This document shows, piece by piece, positions 9,741 to 20,369 of a DNA stretch of 64,000 nt. The position numbers were made by a program, and so were the translations under genes. The first letter of the stretch is position 1; the number at the start of each line of letters is the position of its first letter. Origin of the DNA: Deltaproteobacteria bacterium (GTDB taxonomy: Bacteria > Myxococcota > JACPTQ01); assembly GCA_016192705.1 (NCBI GenBank), contig JACPTQ010000049.1, forward strand, positions 2,180-66,179, in the 5' to 3' direction. The notes beneath the pieces are model-generated. The model was given only the letters and a program-made list of their open reading frames with translations, was not told where the DNA came from and ran no database searches.

Positions 9741-10807
9741 GAAGTTCCCATGCTGTTGGCAAGCTCCAGGTATCGTGCGGCAATCCACGCTATTCTGGGG
9801 GGGCCGCCAATTCCACGCCCCGTTGGATGGTTGTCTACGATCTGTTGGGCAAGCTTAGGAAGAAGAGACGCCAGCAAGAGATCAGAAGATGTCGGGTCCA
9901 GGGTGTATCGGTCATGGCCTGCTGCAACAAGTTTCTCCGACAAGATAGCTAGCGCTTGCTGCGCGCGCGCGTCGACGTCTCTTGCCTCTCCAACCAATTC
10001 TTCGACCTGCTGTGGGGTGGTGATTCCTAATTGTTGAAGCTCGTCGAAACACTGCCCAGCATGGTTGGTCAGCTCCACACTTGGAAACCACTTGCGCAAT
10101 CGGGCTACGAAATCGTAGACGTCCTCGAAAGCCCCCGTCTGCTCCCTTAATCGCCGTTCCGTAGCGGCAAGCAATTGACTGATGATGCCATCGCCTGTGC
10201 GACTGAGGTGGCCCAGCGACCCAAGGAGTTCTTGCTCTGGTTCCGAGAGCCTTCCGCTCAGCGGTTTGTAACCGAGATCATGTTCTATTTCGTTCCACAC
10301 ATGGGACATCATGCTGCAGACTTGGACTTCGCAAGGAGTGTTGGCAAGATTCGCGTACGTACCAACCAGTTCGTCGGGCCGCAAATACACCTCGGAGTGG
10401 GCCGCACGGTAGAAACTGCCCGGATTTGCCGCATGCTTGTCCTTGCGATCAACATCAACACCTCCGCCAGCGTTGCCGCAGAAACGTTTCATGATCTCTT
10501 GGACCACCTTCACTTCGTCGTTCTTGTCATACGTTGCCACCCGAACGGCAGCCAGGTCGCGAACAGCATTGAACACTGACTCGACGGTTTTAATGAACCC
10601 CGGCGTCGCTTTCTCGATCAAACGAATCTTGCCGTCGAAGCTCTTGGAACTTTTGGCACGCGAGGTGACCTGTGCGCGAATCGCGTTTCCTTCCACCACT
10701 TCTGAACGACAGATGTCCGCAACGCGGGCGCTGAGTTTCAAATACCGGTCATACTCACGTTCATATCTAGAGACGGCCTCGGCAATTATCGTATCTAAGT
10801 TCGGCAT
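9737..10807 (-). CDS. RelA/SpoT-family small alarmone synthetase-like protein with C-terminal extension
   Basis: RAKSSKSFDGK, DLAAVRV, YRAAH, CEVQV, HVWNEIEHDLGYK. No hydrolase domain. Confidence 0.88.
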   Translation of the reverse strand: MPNLDTIIAEAVSRYEREYDRYLKLSARVADICRSEVVEGNAIRAQVTSRAKSSKSFDGKIRLIEKATPGFIKTVESVFNAVRDLAAVRVATYDKNDEVKVVQEIMKRFCGNAGGGVDVDRKDKHAANPGSFYRAAHSEVYLRPDELVGTYANLANTPCEVQVCSMMSHVWNEIEHDLGYKPLSGRLSEPEQELLGSLGHLSRTGDGIISQLLAATERRLREQTGAFEDVYDFVARLRKWFPSVELTNHAGQCFDELQQLGITTPQQVEELVGEARDVDARAQQALAILSEKLVAAGHDRYTLDPTSSDLLLASLLPKLAQQIVDNHPTGRGIGGPPRIAWIAARYLELANSMGTS

Positions 10808-10810
10808 TTC

Positions 10811-12883
10811 TTACGCCTCCGCGTCTAACGGTCGTCGACGAGAGCCGGCCTTTTTCGCGAGACGTCCAACCTCCGTTTGGAGGATGCTCGCGAGTGCTGC
10901 TTTTACGCCGGGTGAGCTGCGCTCCCGGACCAGCTCGTTGATCGACCGCATTGGTGTTTTGCGAGCCGTCCACTTTCCGTTGCTGTCCTCGGCCCAGAAC
11001 ACGTCTTCCAGTCCGTGCGCGATCGCAAGACTGCGATCTGAAGCGCACCTAGGAACGACGCGCTCGGGCCAGAGGTGCATCGCCAGGTGCGCCCAGTCGT
11101 ACTTGCCTTCGCAGAGCGCGTTCCAGGTGGACTTCAGCGCCTTCTGCCAGGGCTTGTTCTGCGGGACGAGCCGCCAGAGCGGCGCGAAGTTGATGATGAC
11201 GCCGTCGTCCAAGGTCGGCTTCCAAAGCGGCGCGACGCGCTTCACCTCGTCGAGGAAGGCGCGGAGCTCGTCGACGAACGTCTCCTGTGCAGCGAGAACC
11301 TTCCGCTGGGCGGCGGTCGCGCCGTCACGTAGCTCGCTCATGAGCGACTCGAGGCGGCGCTCCTCGTGCGCGAGCTTCGGTGCTGCGTAGTCGTTCTGCA
11401 CGCGGAAGAGCGTGTCTTTGCTGAAGGCGTGGATGTAGAGCCACACCGAGTAGCTCGCCGAGGGCGTCGCAAGCTGCCAGTAGATGGGCGCCTTGCGACG
11501 GCTCTTCGAGTACATCCTGATATGCAGTGGGAAGAACTCCCTGGCCAGCCACCCACGGAGGTTCTCAGGCGCCTCGACGCGAACGCGCTCGGCGACCGCG
11601 CGGGTGCGCGCCGCGAGATCGGCGGCGTGGCCTTGGTCGTCGACGAGGATGTCGGGCCGTTCCGCCGGCTCTTCGCCCTCGGGGTACATGCCCGGAGAGC
11701 GCAAAGGCAACGCCTGGAAGGGCTCGGGCTCGAGTGGCACCGGACGCTCGCCCGTCGCGAGGCGGGGGTCGAACCGTGCGAAGGCGGCGCCGACGAGCCA
11801 CGAACCTAGAGTCTCGACCCCAGCGCCACTCGACACCCCCGACACGTCATCATCACCCAAGTCATCGCCGTCATCGTTGTCTTCATCCGGTGAGGACTCC
11901 TCCCTCTCAGCAGGCGCATCTCCAGTGGAGACAAGGCTTGCAGGGTCCTCCGGGCGGATGCCGTACAGACTGAACCCCGCCTGGTCGATTTCCCTCTGAA
12001 GCGTCTCCAACTCGCGAACGATGGCGTCAGGATTCAGTCCCGCGACCTTCTCATTCAATCCGCTCGGCAGAATGAACGCATGCGAGGTCTCATTGACCGT
12101 GTCGAGCATTCGCCTGAGCGACCAGGCACGGCGCGCGAGACGTGCGAACGTCGCAACGTCGCTCGTCGAAAGGTTCGCCAGCGGTGTCTTCTGAATGACG
12201 CCCACTTCGTAGGAGCGGGCAACCCCTCCGCGGCCAGACGGCTCGGCGGCAGCGAGTTGAAACTCGATGAGCGACCGAAACACTTGACTGTTGGCAAGGG
12301 CTCCAAGGGCGAGCAAAAGCTCAACGTCGTCGTTCTCGACGATAACTGCAGGTCCCTTCGAGCCGAAGATGCAACCGGCCGGCATCACGCGCATCGAAAG
12401 GTCGCTCTTGGTCCGAAGCGTCCAGGTGAGGCCAGGGCGAAGGTAGAGCTCCCGGCTCGGAACAATCGCAAACTTGTACTCTCGAGTGGTAACTCGCTCA
12501 GCGAGCAACTCGCTCCCGTCAGTACCCCAGTTGAGAAGCATATGCGGGTCTGCGTAGAACGGTGACCACCGACCGCCCTTCACGTGCGGTGCCCATTTGC
12601 TACCCGCACATTCCCACGCCAGTCGCAGGAAACGGCCGTCGTCATTGGAGTTGACGCCTCGTTTCGCAACGCGACCGCCTGCTTCGAATCGAGAGAACTT
12701 GGCGAAGGCTGCCCGAAGAGTCTCGCTCACCCAGTAGGCGAACGGAGAACCGGGCACGCTGCGAAACGTCGTCGGATTCACTTCGAAGATTCGGCGATCG
12801 GCTCCTGCAGCACTAATCGCAGCGCGGAGCGCACCATCCTTGTCGTGCACCTCTTCGAGGACGCGGATGAACACCGTGCTCAC
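10811..12883 (-). CDS. pglX: PglX C-terminal half (target recognition and C-terminal domains)
   Basis: VPGSPFAYWVS, HIRMYSKSRRKAPIYWQL, LDDGVIINFAPL, YDWAHLAMHLWPERV. GTG start overlaps the upstream TGA. SD AAGGAG. Confidence 0.85.
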   Translation of the reverse strand: MSTVFIRVLEEVHDKDGALRAAISAAGADRRIFEVNPTTFRSVPGSPFAYWVSETLRAAFAKFSRFEAGGRVAKRGVNSNDDGRFLRLAWECAGSKWAPHVKGGRWSPFYADPHMLLNWGTDGSELLAERVTTREYKFAIVPSRELYLRPGLTWTLRTKSDLSMRVMPAGCIFGSKGPAVIVENDDVELLLALGALANSQVFRSLIEFQLAAAEPSGRGGVARSYEVGVIQKTPLANLSTSDVATFARLARRAWSLRRMLDTVNETSHAFILPSGLNEKVAGLNPDAIVRELETLQREIDQAGFSLYGIRPEDPASLVSTGDAPAEREESSPDEDNDDGDDLGDDDVSGVSSGAGVETLGSWLVGAAFARFDPRLATGERPVPLEPEPFQALPLRSPGMYPEGEEPAERPDILVDDQGHAADLAARTRAVAERVRVEAPENLRGWLAREFFPLHIRMYSKSRRKAPIYWQLATPSASYSVWLYIHAFSKDTLFRVQNDYAAPKLAHEERRLESLMSELRDGATAAQRKVLAAQETFVDELRAFLDEVKRVAPLWKPTLDDGVIINFAPLWRLVPQNKPWQKALKSTWNALCEGKYDWAHLAMHLWPERVVPRCASDRSLAIAHGLEDVFWAEDSNGKWTARKTPMRSINELVRERSSPGVKAALASILQTEVGRLAKKAGSRRRPLDAEA

Positions 12884-14718
12884 GGTCGCACTCCTTCGGC
12901 CTTCTGCAGGCAGTACGCAGCCGCCTCGACGACGGCTGTGTCCATCACACCGAGTCCGAGGTCGGCTACAACAACGGGAGGCGCGTCTTGCAGGATGACT
13001 TCCTCACGCCAGCGCTGGAACCGTGGCAAATAGAAGCCAGTTCGCGAGGTGATTGCGCCGACTCGCCCACCCGTCTTCAGTAGCTCAATGCCACGCTCTA
13101 CGAATGCAGCGTAGATGTCATTCTTGGAGCGCGGGTATGCCTTCTCGAAGTCCACCTTCGCGCGCGCACTTCCAGCACCGAACGGAGGATTCATCAGCAC
13201 GACATCAAAGGTCTTCTCAGAGACACCTAGCAGGGCGATGCCGTGCGTCGCGTCGTCGGCGAAGAGTCGCCGTCGCGTACTTGCGCGTGAGCCCTCGTCG
13301 CTCACGAAACGTGCGAGCGCCGCACGGATTCGCTCCTCGGGTGGAGCGAAGAGGTCGCCAGTCTGGCCCCGCTTGCCTTGGCGCGCGACGAGTTGCTCAA
13401 CGCGCAGGAGCAGCCCCATGTCGCCCGCAAGATTCAGAGAGCCTACGAGCGAGCTGAACACGCGCCCGAGCTCGGTGTCGCCGAGCTTCGCCACGAACTC
13501 CTTGGCGATCTGGTCATCGGCGACGAGCGGCTCGGCGACGACGATATTCGAACGACGGATGTGTGGTCGATCCGCGCGTCCGACGTTGAACTCCCTGTAC
13601 GCCTTCTGCGCGCGCATCCACAGGGCGAGCTGGGCGATCTGCGCGCAGCGCGGGTCGATGTCCACGCCATGGAGGTTGTGCGCGAGCACGAGCCCTGGGA
13701 CGGCACTCCGCAGCGCGTCGAGGCTCGGGTAGTCCTCGGCGAGCGTCTTGCCCGTCGCTTCGCTCGTCGGGCTCTCCGGGTCGGCATGTGCCTCCTCGTA
13801 GATCGCGAGGAGCAGGTCGAACGCATACAGGAGGAAGTGGCCGCTGCCGCACGCCGGGTCGAGCACGCGCAGATCACGCGGATCCTTCTTCGCGCGCGGC
13901 GCAAACTCCTCGCCGGGCTTGCGGACCATGTACTCGCAGCGCTCGGCAAGCACCGTCTTCGTGCCGCGCATCTCGTACCAGATGCGCCCGAGCGTGTTAT
14001 CCGTGAGAAACCGCACGACGTAGCGAGGCGTGAAGAACTGGTTGCGAACAGCCAGCTCGCGACCGTTGCGCGGAACCTGGCTCTCCTCGCGCATCTTTTT
14101 GCGCTCGTCCTGACCGTTAAAGAACTGGTAGACCCAGCCGATCGTCTCGTCCTCGCCCCACACGCGGGCGAGCTCGGTGCCGTTCAGGATCTCGAGGAGC
14201 TGCTCGAAGGTGGCGCGTTTCGGCCAGAGCACGCTCGACGGATCGCGGCGGTCGAAGAGGACCTTCACCTCGGTTGACATCTCGTCGAAGAGCGACTCGA
14301 TGTAGAGCCGGTAGCACGCACTCTCGGGCAGGAGCGGCAGGCCCGGAGCCATGCCGCAGAACTCGCGGTAGCCCGCTGACTGCTCGCCCTTGGTGATGCA
14401 CTCCTGCACGAGCTCGCGGGCCTCGAGCATCTTCAGCGCCACGAAGCGGTTGAGCGTGGTGAACGCGGCGTCGCGCAGGTAGTCCGCGACTGAATCCGCA
14501 GCGTTCATCCCGGCGGCGCGCTTGTGCTCGATGGCCGCGACGATGCGCTCACGCTGGAAGGCCTGACGGGGCGAGAGGTGGCCTCCGGCCCTCGCGGCCA
14601 CCGCGCCGTGATGGTGCACGTCGAAGTCGCCCTCGAGCTGCGCGGCGAAGTCCTCCTCGAGGAGCTTCCGCGCTCGCTGGGTGGCGCGTTCGATGGCGTT
14701 GCGTGTGTCCTTGTCCAT
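12880..14718 (-). CDS. pglX: PglX N-terminal half, N6-adenine methyltransferase
   Basis: AFTTLNRFVALKMLE, NQFFTPRYVVRFL, VLDPACGSGHFL (motif I), NPPF (motif IV). Confidence 0.92.
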   Translation of the reverse strand: MDKDTRNAIERATQRARKLLEEDFAAQLEGDFDVHHHGAVAARAGGHLSPRQAFQRERIVAAIEHKRAAGMNAADSVADYLRDAAFTTLNRFVALKMLEARELVQECITKGEQSAGYREFCGMAPGLPLLPESACYRLYIESLFDEMSTEVKVLFDRRDPSSVLWPKRATFEQLLEILNGTELARVWGEDETIGWVYQFFNGQDERKKMREESQVPRNGRELAVRNQFFTPRYVVRFLTDNTLGRIWYEMRGTKTVLAERCEYMVRKPGEEFAPRAKKDPRDLRVLDPACGSGHFLLYAFDLLLAIYEEAHADPESPTSEATGKTLAEDYPSLDALRSAVPGLVLAHNLHGVDIDPRCAQIAQLALWMRAQKAYREFNVGRADRPHIRRSNIVVAEPLVADDQIAKEFVAKLGDTELGRVFSSLVGSLNLAGDMGLLLRVEQLVARQGKRGQTGDLFAPPEERIRAALARFVSDEGSRASTRRRLFADDATHGIALLGVSEKTFDVVLMNPPFGAGSARAKVDFEKAYPRSKNDIYAAFVERGIELLKTGGRVGAITSRTGFYLPRFQRWREEVILQDAPPVVVADLGLGVMDTAVVEAAAYCLQKAEGVRP

Positions 14719-14731
14719 TCGCGCCTAGCCC

Positions 14732-17700
14732 CTACTCCACGATGACTTTCTTGCCCGAGCCGATCAGCCGCGCGCACTCCTCACGGATTCCGTCGAGCGC
14801 GGCGTCGAGCTGCTCCTCGGTTTCCACGCCACCGGCGAAGTAGCTCCCGAGACTGACGGAGACGACCCGCTCGCCCTCGATGATGCGATGAACCTCGGCA
14901 ACCGCCGCCCGCACACGCGACTCGCATGCGTCGCGCTCCGATCGGACTTGGGGAATCGGGACGCGCGTCTTGTCCTTGGTCATGCCGCGTTCAATCGGAG
15001 TTGCGATCCTGCGCTGCTCGTCTTCGTCGACTTCGCTCCAGCCGGGCGTCTTGATCAGGCGATCGAAAGCCTTCTTGTAGGCCCCAATGCGCGCGTCCAT
15101 CGCCTCGCCGTAGCGGCGCTCGTACTCGGCTTCGATCGCGTGAGCGTGCTGCTCGATGGCCGGCAGCTCGCGGAAGAAGGTCTCACGCGCCAACAGATCC
15201 TCCAGCGAGCGCGCCTTCGTCCGGAGGTCTTCGGAGATGTCGGCCTCCTGCTGCAGAAACGGCCACGACACGGCGACGGCCTGCCGCGCCCGCTCCAGAT
15301 CGTGAAGACGCGGCTCCGTAAGCGCCTGCTCGAGCTCCGAGGCGCGCTTGACCGCGTCCTTGACCGCACGATGGGAGGAGTTGAAGGTCGCGATCGCGTT
15401 GTCCTCGGACCCCCGAAGGATCGCCTTCATCTGGCCGAGCGCCCCTTCGAGCACCGCCACGCCCGGAAGCCGATTCGCGGTGAGCAGCCCTGCGGCCGTG
15501 GCAACCGTGTCTTCCTGGCGGGCGACCTCGCGCCGAAGCTCGGCGACGATCGCAGTCGCATTCAGCTCCTTCACCTCGCTCCCGAATGTGTCCCGGAACG
15601 CCTCGGACGCCTTCACGAGCTCGGCAAACTCGATGCCCTTCTTGGGCCGAAACGATGCCTGCCTGAAGATGTTGTTGTTCGAGAACGTCTCGCGGGCCTC
15701 GACCCCCGTCGTCGACTCGATCGTCTGCCCCTTGCTCGTCGCCTCGACGTTTCCGGCGCGCAGGAGCGACAGAACAAGCAGCCGCACCGCCTCGAAGTCC
15801 CATCCGAACGGTTCCTTGGCGAGCTCGTCCGCGAGGAATCGTCCACTCGCTGTCTCGCCGTAGTGCGCCCGCTCCTCGATGCGGCTCATGACCTCGGCGA
15901 GAGGACCGCTCTCGACGCGGAAGATGGTCTTGCCCTTCTCGTCGCGCAGAAGTGCCAGGCTGCCGAAGACTGGGGGCAGCCCCTGTAGATTCTCGGCCGT
16001 GAAGAGTGCCTCAACGCCCTTCTTCACGTCGTTCGTTCGTGCAGCCGCCTCCTTGAACCGGTCGAACACCTCGGGCAGCACCTGGCCAAGGATCTCGGAA
16101 GCGCTCTTCCCGACATCGGCCGCGCGATCGCCGGGGCTGCGGTCGTTGCCGCGGAAGTAGACGCTGCCTGACAAACAAGCCGCCTTCAGGAGGCGACGGA
16201 GCTCGTCCTGGTGCCGGCGCTGTCGGACCTTCTCCTCCGCGATCAGCGCAGGGGCCTCGTCGCCCTTTGTCTCGCGCTCCTTCCGCGCGAGCGTCTCCTT
16301 CGACCGGAACAGCTCGACCGTCTCGCGATCGATGGCGTCGTTCAGCGCGATGGCCCAGAAGACGGCCTTCCTCTCCTGCTGGCTGCGAGTGCGGAGCTCG
16401 GACGCGAGCGACTGGAGCTCCTTCCCGTCGTCCGCGAGCTGGAGTTGGAACACCATGTCCCCATCGACGACGTCACGTCCGTGGATCGCAAGGCCGGCCT
16501 TGAAGGTCTTGGTGTCGAGCAGGGTATGCGAAGGCAGCGGCTGCCAAAACGACGTGAGAACTTCAGCGTAGATGCGTTGCGCATCGCCCGGCTTTGGGTT
16601 GATTCCGTTGCGAAGGCGCTCCCAGTCGTCCTCGGCCGGACTCGGAATCCGGTAGCCATCATCGCCCCGACGAATCTTGTGAGCGGCCTCGAGCTGGCGC
16701 AGTGCCTCTTTCATGGCGGCGAGTTGCGAGTCAGCGGCGACACCGGGATGGAGCCCGGCCGCGATGTTCTCCGCCGTTCGGTGCACGCTCTTCACGTATT
16801 GGAGGAGACAGATGACCTTCGCCACCGACTGCGCAAGGGGGTGATCGACCTCCTTGGCGATGGCCGTGATCTTCGCGCGCACCTCCGAACCGATGTTGCC
16901 CTCGACGAGGTCGAAGACCTGGTCGAGGCGCGCGAGAGCTCCCAGCGGCTCTTCGGCCAGGTTCACGGCGGGGTTGATCAGGAGCTGCTGCGCGAGTTTG
17001 ATGATCGTGCGGTTGGCGCCTCCAACGTGCTTGCTCGTGCCACCCTGAGTGCGCAGCCCGGAGACGACCTGGATGACGAGGTCGATCTGGTAGGGGAGCA
17101 GAGGATAGAGATCGACGAATCCGTCTCGGGTCAGATCCGGGAGCTTGATGTCCGCCGTGAGTCGGGTGTGTTCGGTCAGCCGGCCTCTATGTTCGTCGAA
17201 GAGCTTCCCAAGAACTTCCTGAGCGCTGGCGTTCTTCGAGAGAACGCGCCGGCTGGTGACTTCCGAAATGTCGGAGGGCTCGAGATGGACGTGCAGCGGG
17301 AAGCGGTCCATCAGCCGTGCGAGCTCGATCTTCTTGTCGTCGAGACCGCTGACGAGCTCGCCGAGCTTCTCCTGTGACGTCACGACGACCCAGTGCTTGC
17401 CGCGCCCCTTCACGCCGAGGCTCTGCACGACCGCCTGAAGGTCGAGCATCTTCTGAACGTCGCGCGCGACAAACTGACCTACCTCGTCGACGACGAACAA
17501 AAGGCTCTGGCCCGGCCGCCGACGCTTCATCAGCTCGTTGGCTCGTTCGGCCAGCTTCCCCGGGCTGATGTCTGCCTTGTTCTTGACCGCCTTCACCCAG
17601 GAGTCGGCCATCGGGTACGTCTCCGCGTCGAGATTGTGAAGAACACGGCTCGCTTCGCTGAGCGCGAAGGCGACCTTGCCCTTCTCGACGCTCCACTCCT

Positions 17701-18161
17701 TGTTGAAGAGGCGCCGGTACTCGTCCTCGAAACGCTGGAGCTGTCCCTTCTCTTCGAGCGCGATTTCGAGCTCGGAGAGGTCGAGGTCCTTCGCGTAGCC
17801 GAGGCTTTGGAGAAAGAGTCCGTACATGATCTCGGTGAGCGTCTGATTCCCGCTGCGGATACCGCGATCCGTGGAGACGTCGAAGATTCGCGATCGAAAG
17901 CCCGAGCATCTTGGCGAAGCTCGACTTGCCGGATCCGAAGAACCCCGAGACCCAGATCGCGATCCCCTCGTGCGGTTTGTTCGGGGTCTCACCATAAGCT
18001 TCGAAGATGTTCGTGTAGTGGGACCGAATCGCATCGGTGACCACGTACTCGCTGATCTCGTCGCGGAGGATCTCCTCGTCGGTCTGGTCGACCTTGATGA
18101 CTTCTTCGATCCGTCGATGGATGTCGTTCGCGAAGAGGGCTTTGATGTGCTGTGTGGTCAT
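14732..18161 (-). pseudogene. brxC: BREX P-loop ATPase BrxC, frameshifted near 17885-17888
   Basis: The N-terminus (IEEVIKV...SEYVVT...WVSGFFGSGKSSFAKMLG) is in one frame. The rest (IFDVSTDRG...VVDEVGQF...VTSQE...) is in another. Confidence 0.85.
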
Positions 18162-18175
18162 GGCTGGTGTCCCCA

Positions 18176-18751
18176 TCAGAAGATCTTCGGGCGGTAGTTG
18201 TGCTCCGGATCGAGCGCGCCCATGAAGCGAAGGCCCGCAGCTCCATCGAGGTCGCCCGGATAGAAAAGAATTGTGGGCACGTGGACCTGCCCCTTGAGCT
18301 GCTCGAGGAGCGAGAAGGTTCGATAGACGGGAAAGAGCGCTCCCGCCCGCAGAACGAACACGACGTCTCGGAGTGGATCGGGATCGTCCGGCATCCTCGC
18401 CGCAACGAGCTCAACGAGCGGTTTGTACTCGGAGAGCACCGAGTGGACAGTCTCGACGATGATCTCCACGCCTTGCTCGTGCTCAGCGGTGAACCAGTCC
18501 TCGAGCGGCCGCTGTGAACGCATCGCTTCGTCGAGACACTCAGCGAGCGAAATCCGTCGGATGCGCTTGCCCTTCTGAGTCAGCCGCGTTTCGAGCATCG
18601 TGACCTGCTTGCGAAGCTCGAACTCCTCCTCGGGGTCGTAGCGGAACAGCGCGTACGGCATGTCGTGGTACGCGCTGATTCGCTTGCGCGGGTCGGCCAG
18701 CTCGAGCACAGGCTCGAGGACGTTCTTGATGCGCAGTTCGAGGTCGCTCAA
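18176..18751 (-). CDS. brxB: BREX protein BrxB (DUF1788-like)
   Basis: YALFRYDPEEEF, GALFPVYRT, PTILFYPG...LRFMG...NYRPKIF. Position between brxA and brxC. Confidence 0.9.
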   Translation of the reverse strand: MSDLELRIKNVLEPVLELADPRKRISAYHDMPYALFRYDPEEEFELRKQVTMLETRLTQKGKRIRRISLAECLDEAMRSQRPLEDWFTAEHEQGVEIIVETVHSVLSEYKPLVELVAARMPDDPDPLRDVVFVLRAGALFPVYRTFSLLEQLKGQVHVPTILFYPGDLDGAAGLRFMGALDPEHNYRPKIF

Positions 18752-19533
18752 GCAACCATCCTCTCTGCGTACTCGCGTGAATTGGAGCAGGGCAGCGTGA
18801 GCTGCACGAGGCTTCCGGCAACTTGGTATTCGAGCTTCCGGAACTGGTGAAGCCGCAGGAGCTCCTGCTCGACGTCCGACGGCCGCATCAAGAACATGCG
18901 CCAGTCCTGGGCGTCGATCACCTTCTGTGGGCTCTGCTTCTCCTCGCGCAATGCGTGGAGGAGGTAGAGGAAGCTTCGCTCCGGAAGGTGATAGGACGCG
19001 AACTCCTTGACGACACTGCCGCGGAGAAGACCGAAGTCGACCGCCATCTTCATCAAGCCCGCGGCAACGCGCTTGAGCGTCGTGTCAGTCCATGCGTGTT
19101 CCGTTGTGCCGCCACGCTTACGGATACCTTTGAGGTAGCTGTGCAGCTCCTCGGGTCGGACGCGGAAGGCGCCCCCGTCGTACGTCGGGAAGAGCCAGTT
19201 CTGGAGAAAGTCGCGCAGCAGGAACTCGTCGCGCGTGATGTGCCAGAGCAGAAGCGGCCTCCATTCGTCGAGATCGCAACCGTTCTTCGCCAGCACGACT
19301 AGGGCGTGGTCGCGGCCGTCGGGTTCGAAGCGTCGGTTCAGGACTTTCGCAACGTCGCGAAGCCAGGTCGAGGTACCGGCGCCGATGAAATTCTCCTCGC
19401 GCAAACGGTCGAGGTTCGCGCGCTTCGATCGCGCGAAGTCCCACGCGGCGAAGACCGACTGGGTCTCGTCGATCATTGCGCCCTTCACGATGGTGAAGGA
19501 CGAGGCGACGTTGGCGCGCGAGGCAAGCTTCAT
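18748..19533 (-). CDS. brxA: BREX protein BrxA (DUF1819-like)
   Basis: LLRDFLQNWL, WTDTTLKRVAAGL...DFGLLRG. Coupled stop/start overlaps on both sides. Confidence 0.85.
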   Translation of the reverse strand: MKLASRANVASSFTIVKGAMIDETQSVFAAWDFARSKRANLDRLREENFIGAGTSTWLRDVAKVLNRRFEPDGRDHALVVLAKNGCDLDEWRPLLLWHITRDEFLLRDFLQNWLFPTYDGGAFRVRPEELHSYLKGIRKRGGTTEHAWTDTTLKRVAAGLMKMAVDFGLLRGSVVKEFASYHLPERSFLYLLHALREEKQSPQKVIDAQDWRMFLMRPSDVEQELLRLHQFRKLEYQVAGSLVQLTLPCSNSREYAERMVA

Positions 19534-20105
19534 GAATTTCCCCGTCGCGCGTATGGGACCGCCAGGGCTCCCATTTCGGCGCGTGCGAACCCAAGTGCCA
19601 GTAGCGTCACGTCGGTATCAGTCGGAGAGAACACGCCGGGCAAAGGGACTGCGCGCCCTTCCGCGGAGCGTCGCAAACGAGATAGGCCTTCGGCGTCGCG
19701 ATCGCTGACCACCTCGAACGCGCGCAACGCCGCGACGAGATCCGTACCGCGGAGCGTTTCGAGTTTCTGGAAGAACGGCTGCCATTCGGCCGAGCGATCG
19801 AGCCAGTGCTCCCATCGCGTGTCGAACTCCTCCTCGATCGCTTCTGGGAGGCGCCAGAGCGTCACGCACCCCGGAGGCTCAAACACCTCGGCGCAGCGAT
19901 GCGCGGCTACGGCGAAAACGGAACGTGCCTGCGCGAAGTGATGCGTGCGAGGAAAGCCGCGACGAAGGGCTGCCGCTCCAAGGTGCCCAAGCTGCCCCTT
20001 CGTGTTCCACCACTTCGCGAGATCCATCTCGCCGAAACGTGCGATGACGAGGCGGAGCTTCAGCAGGCGGTCGAAATCAATTGCGTGGACGCTCACAATA
20101 GCCAT
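19530..20105 (-). CDS. brxE: BrxE family protein
   Basis: LRLVIARFGEMDLAKWWNT...RRGFPRTH...FEPPGCVTLWRLP...PY. First gene of the operon. Confidence 0.85.
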   Translation of the reverse strand: MAIVSVHAIDFDRLLKLRLVIARFGEMDLAKWWNTKGQLGHLGAAALRRGFPRTHHFAQARSVFAVAAHRCAEVFEPPGCVTLWRLPEAIEEEFDTRWEHWLDRSAEWQPFFQKLETLRGTDLVAALRAFEVVSDRDAEGLSRLRRSAEGRAVPLPGVFSPTDTDVTLLALGFARAEMGALAVPYARRGNS

Positions 20106-20330
20106 GGAATCTCAATGCTCTCGGTTTGGATGAGCGCCGCGCCGTCAACGGCCTGAGATCGAATCGGTCGGTCGGCCGCGCAGACGCGTACGTCCTGGTT
20201 CGTAACACTCGCAACGCGGACCCCATCGTTGTGTGGTTCGCGGGCAATGACGACGAACGCCGACCCATCGGTGAGGAAGTCGCTTTCTGTGACGCCAAGC
20301 CGCAATCCGCTGTAATGGTAACTGATAGGT

Positions 20331-20345
20331 GGGTGTTTTTCACCC
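20331..20345. promoter_or_regulatory. Palindromic operator candidate between brxE and the XRE regulator
   Basis: GGGTG-TTTTT-CACCC, about 25 bp upstream of the XRE start. Confidence 0.4.
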
Positions 20346-20369
20346 GCAATCGGCTGGACGCTCGGTGGC

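Noticed and set aside
17187-18176. Programmed frameshift in brxC
   Set aside because: No slippery run at the junction, and sequence appears to be missing, which fits a deletion better.
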